A stretch of 20,000 nucleotides of DNA from Bacteroidales bacterium (GCA_035389045.1 DAOORA010000014.1:61792-81791), one strand, 5' to 3'; counted from the first letter of the stretch, positions 8,695 through 17,267 are shown. Numbers and translations are program-made. The notes: generated by a model from the sequence alone, not told the origin.

Positions 8695-9832
8695 GAAAAA
8701 GCTCCTTCATCTTTTCAAAAAAATTCTTATCCCTGCTGTTCGGCTCGGGTTTTATGTTTTCGGAATTCATCAGCTTTTCGATCATGTTTTTTTCTTCTTT
8801 CGACAGGCGTTGCGGCGTCCAAACGCTGATGCCGACAAGAATATCCCCCCGGCCATGATAATTCAGCGACGGAAGCCCTTTCCCCTTTAATTTCAGGATT
8901 TTTCCCGATTGTGTTCCGGGTTCGATTTTGATACGTGCCTTGCCTTCAAGGGTAGGGATGTCTATACTTGTTCCGAATACGGCTTCAGGAAAACTGATGT
9001 ATAGCGTGTAAAGCAGGTTATTTCCTTCCCGTTTAAGTTCGGGATGTTCAATTTCTTCGATGAGTACGATCAGATCTCCGGGGTGCCCGCCACGTGCTGC
9101 GGCATTTCCTTTGCCGCTGACCGACAGTTGCATTCCCTCAGCCACACCGGCAGGGATCTTTATACTAATGACCTCATCACCTTTGACAATTCCGTTTCCG
9201 AAACATGAGGTGCATTTTTCAGTGATGGACTGGCCTTCACCGCCGCAGGTCGGGCAGGTAGAGGTGGTTTGCATTTGTCCTAAAAACGTATTGGTAACAC
9301 TAACCACATGGCCTCTGCCGTTACAGGCAGAACAGGTCTTATAGGAACTCCCGCCTTTGGCACCCGTGCCTTTACAGTCGTTACAGGTAACATATTTATT
9401 TACATTGATCTTTTTTTCAACCCCGTTGGCAATTTCCTCGAGTGAGAGTTTTATCCTTACGCGCAGGTTACTACCGTAGTTCACTTTGCGCCTGTGTGAC
9501 GAGCCCCCGCCGAAACCTCCAAAGCTGCTGAATGCTCCGCCGAAAATATCGCCGAAATGGCTGAAGATGTCATCCATGCTCATACCTCCGCCACCAAAGC
9601 CATTGGCGCCCACTCCCTGATGTCCGAAACGATCGTAACGGCTTCGTTTTTCAGGATTGCTCAACACATCATAAGCTTCAGCGGCTTCTTTGAATTTTTC
9701 TTCAGCTTCCGCATTACCGGGATTTTTATCAGGATGATATTTGATGGCCATCTGGCGGTATGCTTTTTTCAGTTCTGCATCAGTGCAATTGCGGTTTACA
9801 CCAAGAACTTCGTAATAATCACGTTTGGTCAT
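8690..9832 (-). CDS. dnaJ: Molecular chaperone DnaJ
   Basis: J-domain RDYYEVLGV...[10 protein letters not shown]-rich region, four CxxCxGxG repeats, C-terminal substrate-binding domain. Confidence 0.98.
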   Translation of the reverse strand: MTKRDYYEVLGVNRNCTDAELKKAYRQMAIKYHPDKNPGNAEAEEKFKEAAEAYDVLSNPEKRSRYDRFGHQGVGANGFGGGGMSMDDIFSHFGDIFGGAFSSFGGFGGGSSHRRKVNYGSNLRVRIKLSLEEIANGVEKKINVNKYVTCNDCKGTGAKGGSSYKTCSACNGRGHVVSVTNTFLGQMQTTSTCPTCGGEGQSITEKCTSCFGNGIVKGDEVISIKIPAGVAEGMQLSVSGKGNAAARGGHPGDLIVLIEEIEHPELKREGNNLLYTLYISFPEAVFGTSIDIPTLEGKARIKIEPGTQSGKILKLKGKGLPSLNYHGRGDILVGISVWTPQRLSKEEKNMIEKLMNSENIKPEPNSRDKNFFEKMKELFQ

Positions 9833-9841
9833 AAAAAAATA

Positions 9842-10420
9842 TTAAATGGCAACCACTACTTTTGCAAAACGCAAGACAATACCATTCAGGTAGTATCCTT
9901 TTTCCGTTACATCAATGATTTTCCCTTTTTGTTCTTCGTTCGGTGCAGGAACATTGGCCACAGCTTCGTGAATATCGGTATTAAACTCTTCGCCTATAGC
10001 TTTGATTTCTTCCAGACCGGCCCTTGTAAGCGTAGCACGATATTTCTCATAGATCAGCAACAGCCCATCTTTCAGACTTTTTACATTTTCATCGTCCGGC
10101 ACTGCTTTTATTGCTCGTTCAAAATCATCAAGCACCGGTAACATAGATAAAACAATATCAGCAGATGCTGTTTTTTGACGTTCCAGCCATTCTCTTGAAG
10201 TTCGTTTGCGGTAATTATCAAACTCGGCAAACAGATATAGATATTTATTATTTAACTCTTCTATCCTGTTTTTCTGCTCTGTAATAATGGCATCTTTATC
10301 AGGCTCCTGCTTTTCCCGGATAATTTCATTTTCCTGAATATTTTCAGATTCCTCTATTCCATTTGTTTCATCACGATCAACAGGTTCGGTCTTCATGTGA
10401 GTACTCCCTTTCTTTTTCAT
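9842..10420 (-). CDS. grpE: Nucleotide exchange factor GrpE
   Basis: AEFDNYRKRT, LPVLDDFERA, GEEFNTDIHEAV, KGYYLNGIVLRFAKVVVA. I prefer the ATG at 10420 to the TTG at 10447 because 10447 lies upstream of the start site (~10442) predicted from the -24/-12 motif. Confidence 0.95.
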   Translation of the reverse strand: MKKKGSTHMKTEPVDRDETNGIEESENIQENEIIREKQEPDKDAIITEQKNRIEELNNKYLYLFAEFDNYRKRTSREWLERQKTASADIVLSMLPVLDDFERAIKAVPDDENVKSLKDGLLLIYEKYRATLTRAGLEEIKAIGEEFNTDIHEAVANVPAPNEEQKGKIIDVTEKGYYLNGIVLRFAKVVVAI

Positions 10421-10452
10421 AGCGCTTTTATTCGTTTTCGGAGCCAATGATC

Positions 10453-10494
10453 AGCAATATTTTTGCCAATAAAGCTAAACACGACATTTTGTCA
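10453..10494 (-). promoter_or_regulatory. Sigma54-like -24/-12 promoter with an upstream GACA-N3-TGTC palindrome
   Basis: Minus strand reads TGACAAAATGTCG (10494-10482), 12 nt, then TTGGCAAAAATATTGCT (10469-10453). GG and GC are separated by the canonical 10 nt. Confidence 0.6.
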
Positions 10495-10785
10495 GAATAA
10501 GGTTTCTTTAAACTCTTTTTCAGCTTGTGGCTTTTCATACAACTCCTGTTCTTCTTCCACATCAAATAATTTCAGCTGGTTTTCGCTGATATAGTCTTCT
10601 TCAGGCAGCGAGCCGGCAAATCTGGTGATATAATCCCGGATGGCTGTTTTCATCATTTTATTAGGGCTTACCTTCTTAGCATGGCAGAATTTATCAATGA
10701 TCTTTTTTTGCTTTTCAGAAAGTTTGAACTCAAATTTTTTGTATTTGATCTTTCTTTTTTTCTTTTTTCTAACCGCTGACATCAT
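10492..10785 (-). CDS. Small hypothetical protein; basic N-terminus, possible ribbon-helix-helix fold, QLKLF motif
   Basis: 97-aa ORF filling the gap, with its own TATTTTTG -7 element (10812-10819, minus strand). Pattern KFEFKLSEKQKKIIDKFC...SPNKMMKTAIRDYI and an acidic tail. Confidence 0.75.
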   Translation of the reverse strand: MMSAVRKKKKRKIKYKKFEFKLSEKQKKIIDKFCHAKKVSPNKMMKTAIRDYITRFAGSLPEEDYISENQLKLFDVEEEQELYEKPQAEKEFKETLF

Positions 10786-10905
10786 ATATAATTTTTACCA
10801 TGGAAAGGCGGCAAAAATAATAAAAAAACAAATTTTTATCATCATTTTCCTGTTCTTTATTCAGGTTTTTTTAACTTAGCACTCTTTAAATCAAAAAAAC
10901 AAGAG

Positions 10906-12963
10906 ATGATAAACGAAAAATTATTCAACCCCCAAAGTATTGTTGTAGTAGGTGCATCAAATGACATCACGAAACCCGGCGGAAAAGTATTAAAGAACCT
11001 GCTTGATGGAAACTTTCAGGGGAAGGTCTATGTTACCAACCTTAAAGAAGCGGAAGTACAGGGGATACGAAGTTTTCAAAATATCAACGATTTGCCTCAG
11101 ACCGATCTGGCCATCATCGCCATAGCAGCAAAATATTGCCCTGAAACCGTAGAAATTCTGGCAAAACAAAAACAAACCAAGGCATTTATCATCCTCTCCG
11201 CCGGATTCAGCGAAGAAAGCAAAGAAGGCGCTGCCCTGGAAAAACAAATCGTGGAAACGATCCACAGCGTGGGCGGATGCCTGATAGGGCCGAATTGCAC
11301 AGGCATATGCACCCCGGTACATCATAGTTATTTCACGCTCCCGATTCCAAAATTAGAACCTCAGGGCTGCGATTTCATCACCGGGTCGGGCGCCACGGCC
11401 TGTTTTATTCTGGAAGCCGGTATTACCAACGGACTGACTTTTGCCAACATCATTTCGGTCGGCAACAGCGCACAACTTGGCGTGGAAGAAATGCTGGAGC
11501 ACTTCGACAACACCTTTGACCCTGCCACGAGTTCAAAAGTAAAGATGTTGTACATCGAAAACGTAAGTAATCCGCAAAAGCTGCTCAAACATGCCGCATC
11601 CTTGATCCAAAAGGGGTGCAGGATAGCTGCCGTAAAAGCCGGCTCCTCGGCGGCCGGAAGCCGTGCTGCATCGTCTCATACCGGCGCCCTGGCCAGTTCC
11701 GACGTGGCCGTGGACGCCCTGTTCCGCAAGGCAGGCATCGTGCGCTGCAGCGGCAGGGAAGAATTGATTACTGTTGCCTCGGTTTTTATGCATCCGGAAC
11801 TAAAGGGCAAACGTATAGCCATCATCACTCATGCCGGCGGACCGGCTGTGATGTGCACCGATGCATTGTCGAACAACGGCATGGAGGTTCCCCATATTGA
11901 CTCTCCGGCATCCAAAGAACTCCTGACAAAACTCTTTGCAGGCTCTTCCGTGGCCAACCCCATCGACTTTTTAGCCACCGGAACCGCAGAACAACTGGGC
12001 ATCATCATTGATTATGTAAATGAAAAATTCGACGAGATAGATGCCATGATCGTCATTTTCGGGACACCCGGATTGTTCAGGATTTTTGATGTGTATGATG
12101 TGCTGGACAAAAAAATGAAGACCAGCAAAAAACCTATCTTCCCGGTCTTGCCTTCGATTATTTCTGCAGGTGAAGAAGTCAGCGATTTTATTGCCAAAGG
12201 CAGAATCAATTTTCCGGAAGAAGTCGTGCTGGCCAGAGCCATCGCCAAAACTTATCATACCCGTAAACCCTATGAGCTCGCCCCTGTCGTGCCAGCGGTT
12301 GACACGGCAAAAATACGCAGCATCATAGATCAGGCGCCCCAGGGATACATATCCCCGGCTGAAATTCAGGCATTGATGGATGCAGCAGGCATTCCCCGCG
12401 CCGGCGAGGCCGTTGTTACCACTAAAGAAAGCGCGGTAGCCGAAGCACAGAAACTCGGATTCCCGGTTGTGATGAAAGTGGTGGGTCCGGTTCACAAATC
12501 CGATGTCGGCGGCGTGGTGCTGCATGTAAAAAACGCCGAGACCGTTGAAAAAGAATTCGGGCGCATGATGCAGATCAAAGACACCACCGCCATACTGATA
12601 CAACCCATGCTCAGCGGTACCGAGTTGTTTGTGGGCGCCAAGTTCGAGCCAAAATTCGGGCACATGATTTTATTCGGGTTAGGCGGCATTTTCATCGAAG
12701 TACTGAAAGATGTCTCTGCAGGCCTCTCCCCTATTGGAAAATCTGAAGCAGATATCATGATCAAAAGCCTGAAGAGCTATAAAATCATTGAAGGTGTCCG
12801 CGGACAAAAAGGCATCAACCAGGAGATACTTGTTGACATCATTATGCGGCTGTCTGCATTATTACAGACGGCACCTGAGATACAGGAGCTTGATTTCAAT
12901 CCTTTGCTGGGCAATTCGGAGAAGGTGGTGGCCGTGGATGCAAGGATACGGATTGAAAAGTGA
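10906..12963 (+). CDS. Acetate/acyl-CoA ligase (ADP-forming), fused alpha-beta subunits
   Basis: CoA-binding LFNPQSIVVVGAS, ILSAGFSE, IGPNC, phospho-His motif AASSHTGALA, NPIDF, ATP-grasp GFPVVMKVVGPVHKSDVGGV...ELDFNPL...AVDARI. No GNAT domain, so not a Pat/Pka acetyltransferase. Confidence 0.9.
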   Translation: MINEKLFNPQSIVVVGASNDITKPGGKVLKNLLDGNFQGKVYVTNLKEAEVQGIRSFQNINDLPQTDLAIIAIAAKYCPETVEILAKQKQTKAFIILSAGFSEESKEGAALEKQIVETIHSVGGCLIGPNCTGICTPVHHSYFTLPIPKLEPQGCDFITGSGATACFILEAGITNGLTFANIISVGNSAQLGVEEMLEHFDNTFDPATSSKVKMLYIENVSNPQKLLKHAASLIQKGCRIAAVKAGSSAAGSRAASSHTGALASSDVAVDALFRKAGIVRCSGREELITVASVFMHPELKGKRIAIITHAGGPAVMCTDALSNNGMEVPHIDSPASKELLTKLFAGSSVANPIDFLATGTAEQLGIIIDYVNEKFDEIDAMIVIFGTPGLFRIFDVYDVLDKKMKTSKKPIFPVLPSIISAGEEVSDFIAKGRINFPEEVVLARAIAKTYHTRKPYELAPVVPAVDTAKIRSIIDQAPQGYISPAEIQALMDAAGIPRAGEAVVTTKESAVAEAQKLGFPVVMKVVGPVHKSDVGGVVLHVKNAETVEKEFGRMMQIKDTTAILIQPMLSGTELFVGAKFEPKFGHMILFGLGGIFIEVLKDVSAGLSPIGKSEADIMIKSLKSYKIIEGVRGQKGINQEILVDIIMRLSALLQTAPEIQELDFNPLLGNSEKVVAVDARIRIEK

Positions 12964-13035
12964 GCCAAAAGTTACGAAAGTAGATTTTAGCTAACTCAGG
13001 ACATTTGTTGAATTCTCATTATTAGTGCAAATATT

Positions 13036-13067
13036 TTTGCATATACAGAAAACTTTTTATATATTTG
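13036..13067 (+). promoter_or_regulatory. Bacteroidota housekeeping promoter (-33/-7)
   Basis: TTTG (13036-13039), 20-nt spacer, TATATTTG (13060-13067), 24 nt before the ATG at 13092. Confidence 0.65.
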
Positions 13068-13091
13068 TGGAAAGTTTAACGTATATATAAA

Positions 13092-14312
13092 ATGAATTAC
13101 AAAGCATCTATCCCTGAAAAGATCATACCCCGTCAGCATTATCTCGCAAGCAGCGTTAAGTTTCTGGAAAAGGATATGATAAAAATTTTTGCCGGGCAGC
13201 GGCGTGTGGGAAAAAGTTATATGCTGTTCCAAATGATCAATTATGTGCAACAGCATTATAAAAAACCAAACATTATTTACATCAATAAAGAATTGCCCGA
13301 ATTTCGTGAAATCAGAAATGACAAAGATCTGATTGACTTTGTACATTCGTGCTTTTCAGGAAAAATAAATTTTTTATTTATTGATGAAGTACAGGAGATA
13401 GAAGATTTTCACAAGGCATTAAGGAGCTTAATGGCACAGAAAAAATACGATATCTGGTGTACTGGAAGCAATGCGGCTATGCTTTCAGATGATATATCGG
13501 GTTTGATGAGCGGCCGTTCCATTACCATCAATGTATATGCCTTGTCGTACAGGGAATTTTTGCTGTTCCATAATTTACCACAAGGCAATGATGCACTTGA
13601 CAGATACCTACGGTATGGAGGCATGCCGTTCCTTCATAATATCGGATTGGAAGACGAACTTGTTTTCGAGTACCTCAAAGGGATATATTCCACTATCCTG
13701 TTCAAGGATATAGTAGCCAGGCAGAACATACGCAATACGGGCTTTGTAGAAAATTTGCTATCGTTCGCTGCTGACAATACCGGATCAATAGTATCTGCAA
13801 AAAAAATCAGCGATTTCCTCCGGTCTGAAAAAATCAATATTTCCCCGGTGCGTGTCATAGAATATCTGAAGTATATGGTGAATGCTTTTGTTCTTTTCCG
13901 CTGTAAACGGGCAGATATACAAGGGAAGAAGATTTTTGAATTCGGCGAAAAATATTATTTTGAAGACCTCGGCCTGAGAAACATCATTAACGGATATAAA
14001 TTTAATGACATAGGGAAAATTATTGAAAATGCAGTATTTCTTCATGCCAAATATCATGGATACGATGTATTTACCGGTTCATCGGGAACAAAAGAGATTG
14101 ATTTTATCTGCGAGAAGAACCATAGAAGAAAATACATACAGGTTGCTTACAGCCTTAGCGACAAAAAAGTTTACGAGCGTGAATTTGGCAACCTGAAAGC
14201 GATCAGGGATCATCACCCTAAATATGTGGTGACCATGACACCCTGGAAAATTGATAATGATGAAGGTATAGAGCATTTTCAGCTTGAAGATTTTTTATTG
14301 AATGATTTATAA
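13092..14312 (+). CDS. AAA+ ATPase with AAA_14 and C-terminal DUF4143 domains
   Basis: Walker A GQRRVGKS, Walker B FLFIDEVQ, TGSNA..LS....LMSGR, YLRYGGMP, KYYFEDLGLRN, ENAVFLH, KEIDFICEK...YIQVAY. Confidence 0.9.
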   Translation: MNYKASIPEKIIPRQHYLASSVKFLEKDMIKIFAGQRRVGKSYMLFQMINYVQQHYKKPNIIYINKELPEFREIRNDKDLIDFVHSCFSGKINFLFIDEVQEIEDFHKALRSLMAQKKYDIWCTGSNAAMLSDDISGLMSGRSITINVYALSYREFLLFHNLPQGNDALDRYLRYGGMPFLHNIGLEDELVFEYLKGIYSTILFKDIVARQNIRNTGFVENLLSFAADNTGSIVSAKKISDFLRSEKINISPVRVIEYLKYMVNAFVLFRCKRADIQGKKIFEFGEKYYFEDLGLRNIINGYKFNDIGKIIENAVFLHAKYHGYDVFTGSSGTKEIDFICEKNHRRKYIQVAYSLSDKKVYEREFGNLKAIRDHHPKYVVTMTPWKIDNDEGIEHFQLEDFLLNDL

Positions 14313-14361
14313 TATGATATGACCTTGTAATGAACACTTTTAAACTCGTTAAGAAACATAC

Positions 14362-14886
14362 ATGATTGCATCATGGTTGATCGGCAAAGAAGGAAGACTA
14401 CAAGAGGCCCTGGCTTCCCTCTATTCTTCGCTGACAGGGATTCCTGAAGCAAGGTTGAAAACATTAGTTTTTAGCTTCAATGCGCGTCAAAAAAACAAAG
14501 CGGAAACTTGGGGTGTGAACCGCATCAGGATCAATCCCGAAGGTTACGTAAATGCCGATGACCCGCAATGGATAGGCACCCTGGCACATGAACTGACTCA
14601 CGAATACCAGTATTTTAAAAGCATACTTCCGGATTGTATTATCCGGTTTTTCGACCAGTTTGGAATAAAATTCAGGGAATGGATACTCAGAATGCCGCAC
14701 GAAAAGGCCTATAAGGCCTCCCGCATGGAAAAACAGGCTTTTGCCGTGCAGGTCGTCATCATGGATTTTGTGAGAACTTATACACCTCAAAAAATCCTTG
14801 CTGATACTAATCTTACGGAACAGAAAAAGGTTGAGTTGGTATTAAAAATGGCAGAAGAGTACAAATTGAAAAAAATGGCGGTGTAA
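14362..14886 (+). CDS. Hypothetical zinc-metallopeptidase-like protein (HExxH; DUF4157/eCIS-core-like)
   Basis: AETWG..IRINPEGY...WIGTLAHELTHEYQY, with a downstream MEKQA that may supply a third Zn ligand. Confidence 0.65.
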   Translation: MIASWLIGKEGRLQEALASLYSSLTGIPEARLKTLVFSFNARQKNKAETWGVNRIRINPEGYVNADDPQWIGTLAHELTHEYQYFKSILPDCIIRFFDQFGIKFREWILRMPHEKAYKASRMEKQAFAVQVVIMDFVRTYTPQKILADTNLTEQKKVELVLKMAEEYKLKKMAV

Positions 14887-14903
14887 CGGGTAGGTTTTTT
14901 ATT

Positions 14904-14941
14904 TGTATGTCGGATAAATTCATGAATTTATCCGACGTACA
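14904..14941. repeat. Perfect 28-bp palindrome (extendable to 38 bp) between convergent genes; REP-like or terminator
   Basis: GTCGGATAAATTCATGAATTTATCCGAC (14909-14936) equals its own reverse complement; flanked by TGTAT / GTACA. Confidence 0.85.
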
Positions 14942-14973
14942 TTATTCAAAAAAATATCCGTTCATTTTTTAAT

Positions 14974-15069
14974 TTTATTCGCAGTGAACTGCGGATTATT
15001 TGTGATTTATTCGCAGTGAACTGCGGATATTTTACGATTTATTCGGGATAAACTGCGGATTATTTTGTG
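14974..15069. repeat. Three tandem 32-bp units with an internal hairpin
   Basis: TTTATTCGCAGTGAACTGCGGAT starts at 14974 and 15006; variant TTTATTCGGGATAAACTGCGGAT at 15038. Exact 32-bp period; the third unit overlaps the pspC stop codon. Confidence 0.85.
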
Positions 15070-16808
15070 TTTCTTACCGTATCGGTCACTACCACTACAT
15101 CGCCGGTAAGCCGGCCGTTTAACATGTACATTTTTTTACCTATCATATCAAAGTCCCAGCTGCCGTCAAGGTTATTCCTGTCGTAAACCAGATTCTCCAT
15201 GTTTTTTGTCAGGTACACACTTTTTCCTTCGGGCACTTCCAGTATCAGCTTCACGGACTGGTTACGCCACTTTTCACCGGCTGCAAGCAGAAAATAATTA
15301 TTGATAAACAACATAGAGTCAGCCATGGTGGTTTCAAATCCGATTGCTTCTGCGCGCCGGCGGGCATTCATCAGCGTGGTGCCCCGTGAAAATTTTATCA
15401 CCGTAAGCTTATAAGTTCCGGTCTTTGAAGGAATGATCTTCAGTTTGGGAAATCCATATACCACCAGCTTATCATCATAATCCGAAAAAAAGCAATTATT
15501 AAAAACAAAATGATCATGGTCGCCGGGATCACTGTCAAAAAAACCATCATCAAAATAGTGGGTTTTACTTATATCCGGCAGGTTGTCCGCCACATCTATG
15601 ATGAGTGTTTCGCGGGTTTGCGGCAACATAACCTCCTGTTTAACTACGCTCTTTTCACTGAAACTGCCGACAATATTAATTGTCAAAAATATCGCTAGTA
15701 TCAATCCTGTGAGCCAAAAGAGCGAAGCGGTAATGGAAACAACTTTGATTTTAGTCTTAATTCCGGCAATCATCCGGATACTGTTGAAAATAAGCATCAG
15801 CAGCGGCACTCCTACCAATAACATCAATGTCAGTAAGGCCATATGCTGTTGCCATGGGTTTTCAAAGAACATCTGGCTGAAGGCCGGCAGCGAGATCGAA
15901 CTTATTCCCCATTTGGTGAAAAACAAAAAACTGTCGGGGGCGGCAATAGACAAGATCAGCGATACTGTTAGTACAATACCTAAAACCAGAAGTACAATCC
16001 CGGCAAAGATCAGCAAGGCGCGAAGAAAATAATATATGATCTCCCCAAAGACACTGCCAATGCCCGAACCCGATTCTCTTGTTGTCTGCTGCCTGCTTAT
16101 GGCGGCGGCCATCTGCCTTTGCCTTTTGCTATAGGCACTTTCTCTTTTTGCCTGTCGCATCCTGCGTTTCATATCGTTGTATTCCCTTCGTGTATGATTC
16201 TTTGCGTCGCCTTTCATTTCCTTGAAACGTGCCTTCAGATCTTCAAATTCACTTTTGATATTTTCCTGTATCTCCGATATAGTCATAGGCTCGCCTTTCA
16301 TATTGAGCTTTTCCTCGGTGGTGGTAGCTTTGGGGATTATTATCCATAGCACAAGGTATATAAGCACACTGGATCCAAAAATGAATAAGGCCACAATAAA
16401 GCCAATTCTGAACCACACAGGATCTACATTAAAATAATGCCCCAGCCCGGAACAAACACCTCCCAGCACTTTGTTATCCACATCACGGTACAGTCTTTTT
16501 TTGGACGCGGGACTTTTTTCTTTTTTCGCTTCTTTGTTATCGCCCGAAGAGTCTATATCATCGGGTTTACCCAAAATTTTTATGGCTTCTTCCACATCAG
16601 CAGGCACTATAAGTGGCGCCCCATTTTCGATTTTTACCTGGAAAATTTCAGCGATACGGCTCTCGATATCCTGAAGGATTTCCTCTTTGCCTTCGGTATT
16701 TTCAAAATGTTTCTTCAGTGAATCGAAATAATTATCCAGCAACTTGTAGGCTTCTTCATCAATCTGGAAGAACAGTCCACCGATATTAATTGAAATTGTT
16801 TTGTTCAT
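15060..16808 (-). CDS. PspC domain-containing membrane protein (N-terminal helical domain, PspC, TM region, C-terminal beta-rich domain)
   Basis: MNKTISINIGG..FQIDEEAYKLLDNY...EILQDIESRIAEIF; PspC motif KRLYRDVDNKVLGGVCSGLGHYFNVDPVWFR...YLVLWIIIPKA; EKWRNQSVKLILEVPEGKSV. Confidence 0.9.
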   Translation of the reverse strand: MNKTISINIGGLFFQIDEEAYKLLDNYFDSLKKHFENTEGKEEILQDIESRIAEIFQVKIENGAPLIVPADVEEAIKILGKPDDIDSSGDNKEAKKEKSPASKKRLYRDVDNKVLGGVCSGLGHYFNVDPVWFRIGFIVALFIFGSSVLIYLVLWIIIPKATTTEEKLNMKGEPMTISEIQENIKSEFEDLKARFKEMKGDAKNHTRREYNDMKRRMRQAKRESAYSKRQRQMAAAISRQQTTRESGSGIGSVFGEIIYYFLRALLIFAGIVLLVLGIVLTVSLILSIAAPDSFLFFTKWGISSISLPAFSQMFFENPWQQHMALLTLMLLVGVPLLMLIFNSIRMIAGIKTKIKVVSITASLFWLTGLILAIFLTINIVGSFSEKSVVKQEVMLPQTRETLIIDVADNLPDISKTHYFDDGFFDSDPGDHDHFVFNNCFFSDYDDKLVVYGFPKLKIIPSKTGTYKLTVIKFSRGTTLMNARRRAEAIGFETTMADSMLFINNYFLLAAGEKWRNQSVKLILEVPEGKSVYLTKNMENLVYDRNNLDGSWDFDMIGKKMYMLNGRLTGDVVVVTDTVRNTK

Positions 16809-16828
16809 GGCTATTATATTTATTGTTT

Positions 16829-17155
16829 TTATTTTTTAGTTATGAGTTTTACTGATTTAACCAAATCTTCCCAGCTTTCATCAAGATTTTTCAGAAAAAT
16901 GCGACCAGTTTCGGTAAGTGTATAATATTTCCTTGGCGGACCTGTCTTCGACTCTTCCCATCGGTAATTAAGAAGCCCGTCGTTTTTAAGGCGTGTCATC
17001 AACGGATATAAAGTGCCTTCTACCACTATCAGTTTACCCTCTTTGAGTTTTTCCATGATGTCGGAGGCATATACATCTTTTTCTGCTATGACGGAAAGAA
17101 TACAATATTCCAGTATTCCTTTCCGCATCTGCGCTTTTGAATTTTCAACATCCAT
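16829..17155 (-). CDS. PadR-family transcriptional regulator
   Basis: QMRKGILEYCIL...YASDI...VVEGTLYPLMTRLKNDGLL.YRWEES..GPPRKYYTLTETG. Confidence 0.95.
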   Translation of the reverse strand: MDVENSKAQMRKGILEYCILSVIAEKDVYASDIMEKLKEGKLIVVEGTLYPLMTRLKNDGLLNYRWEESKTGPPRKYYTLTETGRIFLKNLDESWEDLVKSVKLITKK

Positions 17156-17186
17156 TGTTAGTATTTTATATATTCAGTTTGTTAAT

Positions 17187-17267
17187 AGCCACGAGCCATA
17201 AGCCACGAGCCATAAGCCATGAGCCATAAGCCATGAGCCATAAGCCATGAGCCATAACCCATGAGCC
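17187..17267. repeat. Heptamer tandem array (AGCCAYR) x11 plus a partial unit, with a 14-bp higher-order period
   Basis: AGCCACG AGCCATA AGCCACG AGCCATA AGCCATG AGCCATA AGCCATG AGCCATA AGCCATG AGCCATA ACCCATG AGCC. Confidence 0.97.

Noticed and set aside
6313..10420. grpE-dnaJ without dnaK and followed by an ABC transporter
   Set aside because: To my knowledge this arrangement is common in Bacteroidota, so it is not novel in itself.
10876..10884. TTAGCACTC, a perfect CIRCE left half-site near grpE-dnaJ
   Set aside because: There is no GAGTGCTAA arm 9 nt later (the sequence is AAAAAACAA). It lies over 400 bp from grpE and overlaps a likely TAACTTAG -7 variant for the acyl-CoA ligase.
9557..12663. 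Long alternative ORFs (9557-10141 +, 11971-12663 -, and similar ones such as 1056-1595 - and 2944-3480 -)
   Set aside because: They are antisense shadows of well-supported genes and have no recognisable motifs.
14974..15069. Possible mini CRISPR array
   Set aside because: The period is only 32 bp with 9-bp similar linkers, and there are no cas genes in the window.
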